From Bdellovibrio sp. (GTDB lineage Bacteria; Myxococcota; SpSt-1050), in assembly GCA_020725805.1 (NCBI GenBank), contig DYEF01000023.1, positions 20,783-84,782 of the forward strand: a stretch of 64,000 nt of DNA, written 5' to 3'. The position numbers and the translations under genes were made by a program. The notes beneath the pieces were generated by a model. That model saw only the letters and a program-made list of their open reading frames with translations. It did not search any database and was not told the DNA's origin. Shown in pieces: positions 57,349 to 64,000 of this stretch (the first letter of the stretch is position 1; every line of letters begins with the position of its first letter).

Positions 57349-58542
57349 ATGGGACCACTTGTACCTGATATAATATCAACCAACCTCAATTATATAGTAG
57401 CACTCATCATAGGAATCTTCTTCGGAATGATTCTGGAGCAGGCGGGATTCTCGACCTCAAAGAAGCTCGTCGGGCTCTTCTACGGATACGATTTTACAGT
57501 TCTCAGAGTCTTTTTTACTGCCGGTGTCACTGCAATGGTGGGTGTTTTGGGTCTATTGCACTTCGGCCTTCTGGATATTAATCTGATTTATATAAATCCC
57601 ACATACATCTGGTCAGCAATAGTAGGCGGACTTATTATGGGACTCGGATTTGTCCTCGGAGGTTTCTGTCCCGGCACGAGCGTCTGTGCGGCAGCCATCG
57701 GGAAGATCGACGCAATGATATTCATCGGTGGTGCATTTATAGGTGTTTTGATATTTGCCGAGGGATATCCACTCTTCGAGTCGCTCTACAAGGCATCATA
57801 TATCGGAAATCCGCGGATATCAGAGACGCTCGGAATATCTCCGAATCTATTTGCATTTCTGCTGACATTTATTGCACTTGTGGCATTTTACGTCGTAACT
57901 CTTATCGAAAAGAAGGTAAATAAGGAAGAGATAAGATTTCTGAATCTCAACAGGACCAATGCAATTATTGCAGGTGGTGGTATTCTACTGCTTATCTTCT
58001 CCGTTACTTTTGTTGAGAAAAAGTCTACACTTTTAAGAATGATTGAGGATGAGAATCTGGTCAGAAATTATCCCTTAAAAGAGATGACTGTCGATGAACT
58101 TGCATTCAGGCTTCTTGATAAAAACGAGGAGAGGCTTCAGATAATCGATTTCAGAAACGAGAAGTCCTACTCCGAATGGAGTCTTCCGCGTTCGACTCTC
58201 TTTACAAGGGAGAATCTCTTCGAGAAGGAACCTGCACAGTTTCTGAGATACAGGCATACCGACAATCTCTTTGTCGCCGAAGATGAGCTTACGGAGCGCA
58301 AAATGGCTGTCCTTGCAAGCGAGATGGGATTTAAAAACATAAAAATCCTGAAAGGCGGGCTACAGAAATTCAGAAAAGATATTCTCGGATTTGAACCGAT
58401 TGCAGAGCCGAAGAGTCTGGATGAACAGTGGTTAAACCGCTTCAGGACCCGCGCCAAGGCGGAGATACCCGAACTTATCAGGAAGAACAAACCGGCAGGA
58501 CCGGTCAAGAAGAAACAGAAACGTTCACTCGGCGGTTGCTGA
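57349..58542 (+). CDS. YeeE/YedE transporter fused to a rhodanese-like domain
   Basis: FGMILEQAGF, GFCPGTS; rhodanese fold (QIIDFR...YSEWSLP, MGFKNIKILKGGL); C-terminal GGC. Confidence 0.85.
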   Translation: MGPLVPDIISTNLNYIVALIIGIFFGMILEQAGFSTSKKLVGLFYGYDFTVLRVFFTAGVTAMVGVLGLLHFGLLDINLIYINPTYIWSAIVGGLIMGLGFVLGGFCPGTSVCAAAIGKIDAMIFIGGAFIGVLIFAEGYPLFESLYKASYIGNPRISETLGISPNLFAFLLTFIALVAFYVVTLIEKKVNKEEIRFLNLNRTNAIIAGGGILLLIFSVTFVEKKSTLLRMIEDENLVRNYPLKEMTVDELAFRLLDKNEERLQIIDFRNEKSYSEWSLPRSTLFTRENLFEKEPAQFLRYRHTDNLFVAEDELTERKMAVLASEMGFKNIKILKGGLQKFRKDILGFEPIAEPKSLDEQWLNRFRTRAKAEIPELIRKNKPAGPVKKKQKRSLGGC

Positions 58543-60168
58543 AGATTCTCTCTTTTTTACATTGATAACAATTGTGTGGGCGGCCATATCCCCGAGTCTC
58601 TGCCATTTTTCACTAAGAGCCGCAAGCAGGATTCCGACAAGAAAACTAAAGAATCCGTCAACAAGTTTTAAGAGATTTCTCACAAATGCCCTCTTAAATC
58701 CGCACACAAGAAGGTCTTCGCCAACGACTTTTATCCTGAGTAGCCATTTTCCGGGAGTATATCCGTATTTTCCCTCGGTATAACTGAAGAGAAGAAGGTA
58801 AATAACCGACCATATCGACGAATATAGAAAAACCAGTAAAACATCTTTAAAGAATTCAAGCGAATCCGGAAATTCACCAGAAAAAAATGTTTTAGATATA
58901 TATTCTCCCATTATTGCAAGCAACGGAATCAGATATATAATTATATCAATAATCTGTGACCAGGCCCTCTTCCAGATAGTTGCAAAATGTGCAGACTTAC
59001 TCCCATAATTGTAATTACTTACCCTGTATTTTTTCATCATAATTGTGAGAATCAGAGCAAGGACAATCTGTAATATATATGGTATTAACTGGATAAACAC
59101 AAAAAATCCGGGGAAGAGATATTTGGGGAACATAGACTTAAAAAATGAAAATTTTTTTGAACTCTCCCTACCGATCTCACTTGCTTTCACAATCTTTATT
59201 TCGGCTGGAAAATGTATATAGAAGAATAAAGGCTCTTTAAGCGCATTAGAGCCAATAACTGAGTAATAGAAACCAAAGACATTTTTCGTATCGACGGAAA
59301 AGAATTTTGACCATTTGTCGCCTTCTCTTATTAGTCCTGTAAATACAGATCGAAATCCATTAGTTTCCCAGTAAAAGATCGCTAACTTGCCTGCGATATT
59401 GACAATATGCCAATCATCTTTAACGACAGCTACTTTCTCCCAATTATTCTTAATGTCATCTTCTTCTCCTTTAGGAAATCCCTCACGATAGTAGATTGTA
59501 TCATCAATCTCTGTAAAGAGGTGAAGCTGTTCATTGATATTTAGTACTTTTATAGTCAGACACTTTGGGCAGTAGTCTGGTCTATCAGGATTTATAATTT
59601 CAAATTCATTTATTCTCTCCCATCCGTTATCTCCAAACCTTTTTATAATAAACATCCCTTTGTTATAATTGACTATCGCAGGTCTTCCGTTGAGAATAAA
59701 AGAGTTGTTAATATTCGCTATATTTTTCTCAGATATATATTCCCGGTATTCTCCATCGATTGTTAGGATGGCAGCGGCATCTTTTGAAATTAACCATAAC
59801 CCATTCTCATCAGATACCAGCTCTTCCCATATCCTGTTGAAGCCTTTATACTTCACCGGTTTATCCGGCTCAGATTCAGATATATACCAGAGCTCAGAAA
59901 TAGAACCGTTGTTATTCTTCTTGTCTATGCTCACTTTTATAAACCAGACCTTCTTATTAAAATATACTGGTGGTTTGAAATTAAACAATGGACCCTCTTT
60001 AATGGTTTCTGGGAGTTTTATGGCAGGTATGAAAGCCATAAAGGGTAAAACAAATTGCAGAATGAAGAAAACCCCACCCAGAATACCTGCAGTAAGTGTA
60101 AATTTCCTCTTTGCTTCCTCAGATATATATCCTCCGGCAGAAGGAGTCTTTTCCTGTATGCTGTCCAT
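58525..60168 (-). CDS. membrane protein with C-terminal RDD domain
   Basis: N-terminal TM, extracytoplasmic domain, ATIWKRAWSQIID...GYTPGKWLLRIKVV...RN...QRLGDMAAHTIVI; start ATG 60168 after GGAGG. Confidence 0.85.
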   Translation of the reverse strand: MDSIQEKTPSAGGYISEEAKRKFTLTAGILGGVFFILQFVLPFMAFIPAIKLPETIKEGPLFNFKPPVYFNKKVWFIKVSIDKKNNNGSISELWYISESEPDKPVKYKGFNRIWEELVSDENGLWLISKDAAAILTIDGEYREYISEKNIANINNSFILNGRPAIVNYNKGMFIIKRFGDNGWERINEFEIINPDRPDYCPKCLTIKVLNINEQLHLFTEIDDTIYYREGFPKGEEDDIKNNWEKVAVVKDDWHIVNIAGKLAIFYWETNGFRSVFTGLIREGDKWSKFFSVDTKNVFGFYYSVIGSNALKEPLFFYIHFPAEIKIVKASEIGRESSKKFSFFKSMFPKYLFPGFFVFIQLIPYILQIVLALILTIMMKKYRVSNYNYGSKSAHFATIWKRAWSQIIDIIIYLIPLLAIMGEYISKTFFSGEFPDSLEFFKDVLLVFLYSSIWSVIYLLLFSYTEGKYGYTPGKWLLRIKVVGEDLLVCGFKRAFVRNLLKLVDGFFSFLVGILLAALSEKWQRLGDMAAHTIVINVKKRESSATAE

Positions 60169-60285
60169 CTGTAATCCTCCGTCTTTTGGGTAATAAAATA
60201 TCATTCTTTTACCTGCAAGACAAGCCCGAACTTATTGGAATACAGAAGAATAAGCTCGTAAAAAGATTTATTCAGTTATAAAGAT

Positions 60286-60363
<78 letters not shown>

Positions 60364-60374
60364 CAGGAAGATCC

Positions 60375-60403
60375 CTTATAAATTAAATATTCCCAAAAGT
60401 CAA
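60375..60403 (-). promoter_or_regulatory. putative tRNA promoter TTGACT-N17-TATAAG
   Basis: Minus-strand -35 at 60403-60398 and -10 at 60380-60375, 12 nt upstream of the tRNA 5' end. Confidence 0.55.
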
Positions 60404-60408
60404 TATGT

Positions 60409-60453
60409 TGAACAGTCAGAGCAGTTTGAACAGTTTAAACGGCCTGAACGGTT
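60409..60453. repeat. five imperfect 9-bp tandem repeats
   Basis: TGAACAGTC AGAGCAGTT TGAACAGTT TAAACGGCC TGAACGGTT. Confidence 0.65.
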
Positions 60454-60524
60454 CGGGCGTCTTATTCCTCTTGATTTATATGAGATTTTAGGGAAGATAT
60501 CAGATACTTTCTAAGGAGGAGAGT

Positions 60525-62570
60525 ATGAAAAGATTCCTGATTTTATCGTTTGCCTTCATCTTCATTTCACAGGTTGCCTTTGCAGAGCCGTTTACCATCG
60601 ACGACTTCCAGAACCTGAGAATCATAAAGGATTTCAAGGTCTCTTCAAAAGGCGACATCGTAATCTCAATCAGGGATTTTGAGAAGAAGGATAATTTCAG
60701 ATACGACTTTTATCTGTTGAGAAGCGGCAGGCTCAGCAGACTTACCTATGACGGAAAAGGCAGCGGGAGTTTCGATATCTCATCTGACGGGGAGAGCCTT
60801 TTTTACGTCTATACAAAGGATAACAAGACAGGTCTATATAAGTTACCGCTTGGTGCAGGAGAATCATCCCTTTTCTCTGAATTTCCAATCTCAATTGACA
60901 ACATCAGGATTTATAAAAGTCTGGGCAAGGAATATATGATTTTCTCTGCAAATATTCTTCCCGAGTGTCAGTCAGATGAACTTAAGTGCACAAAGGATAA
61001 ACAAGATGAATATAAAAAGATTACTTCTGCCTATGTCTATGACACACTCTATTTCAGACCGTGGAATTTTTACAGAGAGAAGACGCGTTCGGCCCTTTTC
61101 AGATTCGACTTCGAGAAGAAGATATATCAGAGACTGATAAGCGGTGATTTCGATGTCCCCACACTCCCGTTCGGAGGCTCCGAAGATTTCGATATCTCCC
61201 CTGACGGAAGATATATAGTCTATACGGCAAAAAAGGTAAAAAATACTGCTGAATCAACAAATAATGACATTTTTGAGTATGATACAACTCTCAAAACAGA
61301 GACAAAGATATCCTCATCAAACGGTTCGGACACACACCCAAAGTATTCTCCTGATATGAAATATATCGCCTTTCTTACTCAAAAGACCGACGGCTTTGAG
61401 TCAGATAAGATTGAGCTTGCTCTCTACGACAGAAAGACAAGGCAGATAAATATCATCACATCACATATCGACAACTGGGTAGAGTCCTTCGAGTGGATGC
61501 CGGATTCAAAGAGTATTCTTGCGATTATTGAAGAGGGAGGATACAGGGTACTTCATTACATTCCGCTTGCAAATCCAAAAGATTCTTTCAGGCTTACATA
61601 CAAAGAAAATATCAGAAAGATAGAGATTCATAATGACGAAATTTTTCTGAGCAGAGACTCGATGCTCTATCCTGCAGATATATATCTGGGAAGGCTCTCT
61701 TCAGCAATCAAGTCAAAAGGTCTTATGCAGGAAATCAGAATGACATATCTGAATGAAGACATCTACAAGAATAAAGACCTGCCCGAACTGCTCGATGTAA
61801 CCTATGACGGTGCAAAGAGAAAGGACGGGAGTTTCAATAAGGTTCAGGCATTTATACTCAGACCCAAAGGCTTAAAACAGGGAGAAAGAATCCCTGCAAT
61901 CGTCGCAATACACGGCGGGCCGCAGGGGAGCTGGCTGAATTCTTTTCATCCGAGGTGGAATGCCCTGATGTTTGCCACAAGCGGATATGCGGTCGTAATG
62001 CCGAATATCACCGGCTCGACAGGATTCGGTCAGCAGTTTGTAAATGAGGTCTCGAAAGACTGGGGCGGGGCTCCGTATGAAGATGTGATGGGACTCTTTC
62101 CCTACTTCGAGAAGAGCGGATTTGTGGATTCCTCCAGAGTCTGTGCAATAGGCGGTTCATACGGCGGATATATGACAAACTGGATCTTAGGACAGACTGA
62201 CAAGTTCAGATGTCTTGTCTCACACGCCGCACCATTTAATCTGCTCAGCAAATACGGCTCTACCGATGAACTCTGGTTTCCCGAGTGGGAATTCGGCGGA
62301 ACCCCGTGGGAGAACAGAGAGATGTACGAGAAATTCTCACCACACAATTACGTAAAAAACTTTAAGACACCCACTCTCGTCATTCACGGCGCAAATGATT
62401 TCAGGGTCCCGCTCGAACAGGCACTTCAGGCATATACATACCTTAAGAAGATGAAGGTACCATCAAAGCTCATCATCTTCCCCGACGAGGACCATTTCAT
62501 CAAGAAGGCAAACAATCAGAAGTTCTGGTACAATGAGGTGCTGGGCTGGGTAAATCAGTATCTCAGATAA
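60525..62570 (+). CDS. S9 family peptidase (dipeptidyl peptidase 5 / acylaminoacyl peptidase-like)
   Basis: Signal peptide, PD40-type propeller, IHGGPQG, GSTGFGQ, GGSYGGY (Ser), DFRV (Asp), DEDH (His). Confidence 0.93.
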   Translation: MKRFLILSFAFIFISQVAFAEPFTIDDFQNLRIIKDFKVSSKGDIVISIRDFEKKDNFRYDFYLLRSGRLSRLTYDGKGSGSFDISSDGESLFYVYTKDNKTGLYKLPLGAGESSLFSEFPISIDNIRIYKSLGKEYMIFSANILPECQSDELKCTKDKQDEYKKITSAYVYDTLYFRPWNFYREKTRSALFRFDFEKKIYQRLISGDFDVPTLPFGGSEDFDISPDGRYIVYTAKKVKNTAESTNNDIFEYDTTLKTETKISSSNGSDTHPKYSPDMKYIAFLTQKTDGFESDKIELALYDRKTRQINIITSHIDNWVESFEWMPDSKSILAIIEEGGYRVLHYIPLANPKDSFRLTYKENIRKIEIHNDEIFLSRDSMLYPADIYLGRLSSAIKSKGLMQEIRMTYLNEDIYKNKDLPELLDVTYDGAKRKDGSFNKVQAFILRPKGLKQGERIPAIVAIHGGPQGSWLNSFHPRWNALMFATSGYAVVMPNITGSTGFGQQFVNEVSKDWGGAPYEDVMGLFPYFEKSGFVDSSRVCAIGGSYGGYMTNWILGQTDKFRCLVSHAAPFNLLSKYGSTDELWFPEWEFGGTPWENREMYEKFSPHNYVKNFKTPTLVIHGANDFRVPLEQALQAYTYLKKMKVPSKLIIFPDEDHFIKKANNQKFWYNEVLGWVNQYLR

Positions 62571-63333
62571 TATTGTCGAGCGGAACCTGTTCGTCTCCAC
62601 CTGTGAGCTGTAAAAAGAGTTCCTCCAGATTTGCATCGGCATTTCCTAAGAGTCTCTTCATCCCGTTAATATCTCCCGAATAGATTATTCTGCCGTGATG
62701 AATTATTGCAAGCTCGTCACAGAGTTCCTCAACGACCTGAAGTGTATGCGTGGACATAAAGACCGTAGTATCTGACTTTCTTGCAAGCTCAAGAAATACC
62801 CTTTTCAATAATCTCGCACCTTTCGGGTCAAGACCCACCAGCGGTTCATCGATTACGAATAATCTTGGTCTGTGAATGAGTGCACCGCATATAACGAGTC
62901 TCTGCTTCATTCCGTGCGAATAGTTTTCTATAAGTTCATCCTTAAAACCGTAGATTTCGAAAAGGCTCAAAAGCTCTTCGGAACGTCTTGTTATCTCCGT
63001 CTCGGACAGATTGTAGATTCCTCCGATAAATCTGAGATATTCGATACCGGTAAGTTTTTCATAGAGATACGGCCTGTCCGGAACGAATCCGAGATCCGAT
63101 TTTGCCAGAACAGGCTCTTTTGTAATGCTATGTCCGCAGATACTGATATCACCCGATGAGGGCTTTAAGAGTCCGCCTGTCATCTTGATTGTCGTGGTCT
63201 TGCCGGCGCCGTTCGGTCCCAGAAAGCCGAATATTATCCCGCTCCTGATTTTCAGGCTTACATTGTCAACGGCAAGAAAATCCCTGTAACGTTTTGTCAC
63301 CGATTCTATTGAGAGAGAATATTTCACTTCCAC
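62563..63333 (-). CDS. ABC transporter ATP-binding protein (export type)
   Basis: GPNGAGKTT, YSHGMKQR, IDEPLVGLDP, STH. Confidence 0.93.
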   Translation of the reverse strand: MEVKYSLSIESVTKRYRDFLAVDNVSLKIRSGIIFGFLGPNGAGKTTTIKMTGGLLKPSSGDISICGHSITKEPVLAKSDLGFVPDRPYLYEKLTGIEYLRFIGGIYNLSETEITRRSEELLSLFEIYGFKDELIENYSHGMKQRLVICGALIHRPRLFVIDEPLVGLDPKGARLLKRVFLELARKSDTTVFMSTHTLQVVEELCDELAIIHHGRIIYSGDINGMKRLLGNADANLEELFLQLTGGDEQVPLDNII

Positions 63334-63998
63334 TCTGTCACCTCTATCTTCAGTTTGTTAATATATTTTGCGATATCGAGAATTTTATCCATCCCGCCGG
63401 CGACGAGTCTTATATGTCCCACATCGGCGGGAGACTGTCCCCATGTAGGGTCGTATGTCCTCCATCCGTCCGTATATGCCTCGGCCCACGCATGAAAATA
63501 GAATCTGCCGTTCAGATATGCAACCCCGGCAGCCGGTCTGGCAGGAATTCCGAGCGAACGTGCAAGCGCCACAAAGAGCATCGCATGTTCGTTGCAATCA
63601 CCTTCCATATTTTTGAGTGTGCCAGATGCATCCGGAATACCTATTACATTCTTCTTTCTGATGTTAGTAAAGAGATAGTCGTTTATCCTCTCGAGGACCT
63701 CCGATTCGTTTCTGGCACCTTCTGAAATCTTCTTCGCAAGTGATACAACTTCTGCACTGCTGCTCTGAATAAAAGGTTCCGGTCCGGTATATCTCTTTAC
63801 CTCCTCGTCACTGATTTTATCCTGTCCTTTCTGAATCCGCTCACTCGTGATGGTGAGCACTCCTTCTGCTAGACTCTGTCTTCCGCCCTCAAGACCCTTA
63901 TCCGTATCCACACCCGAAATCCTTATTTTCAGTTCACTCAGACCAAAGATATCAGGGATAGCCCTGTCAGGCAGTATAGAAAACCGTGAAACGATATC
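63324..63998 (-). CDS. transglutaminase-like domain protein; 5'-truncated by window edge
   Basis: Frame open to the window end (DIVSRFSILPDRAIP...); GDCNEHA, GIPAR, FHAWAE, YDPTWGQ; paralogous to 50081-51559. Confidence 0.88.
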   Translation of the reverse strand, partial: DIVSRFSILPDRAIPDIFGLSELKIRISGVDTDKGLEGGRQSLAEGVLTITSERIQKGQDKISDEEVKRYTGPEPFIQSSSAEVVSLAKKISEGARNESEVLERINDYLFTNIRKKNVIGIPDASGTLKNMEGDCNEHAMLFVALARSLGIPARPAAGVAYLNGRFYFHAWAEAYTDGWRTYDPTWGQSPADVGHIRLVAGGMDKILDIAKYINKLKIEVTEWK

Positions 63999-64000
63999 GA

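Noticed and set aside
58534-58600. GGC-TGA end of YeeE/rhodanese as selenocysteine read-through (GCU motif)
   Set aside because: Downstream sequence is the antisense of the convergent RDD gene and I see no convincing SECIS hairpin; a plain stop is simpler.

Overview
Ordinary chromosomal window from a moderately AT-rich diderm bacterium. Hanks kinases, PEGA/kelch/HEAT proteins, Cys-rich lipoproteins and an SctV suggest a Myxococcota/deltaproteobacterial-type organism (inference). It holds about 48 CDS and one tRNA-Pro(GGG). I found no rRNA, CRISPR array, IS element or prophage. Housekeeping genes (rluD, rlmI, purB, dapA/dapB, panD, xerC, A2M-pbpC) are interspersed with a strong sulfur/PLP theme. 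Highlights: (1) an 885-aa tandem fusion of two tyrosine phenol-lyase-like domains whose active-site residues are split complementarily, implying one composite active site; (2) a bacterial GRAS-domain methyltransferase-fold protein translationally coupled to cbs-cgl in a CymR-like/cysK cluster; (3) a solitary non-flagellar T3SS export gate gene (sctV) behind a sigma54-like promoter and tandem repeats; (4) a BigR/SqrR-like regulated octaheme tetrathionate reductase-cytochrome b-YeeE/rhodanese operon; (5) a ~97-Cys lipoprotein with knottin-like modules. All calls come from by-eye motif recognition; no searches were run.
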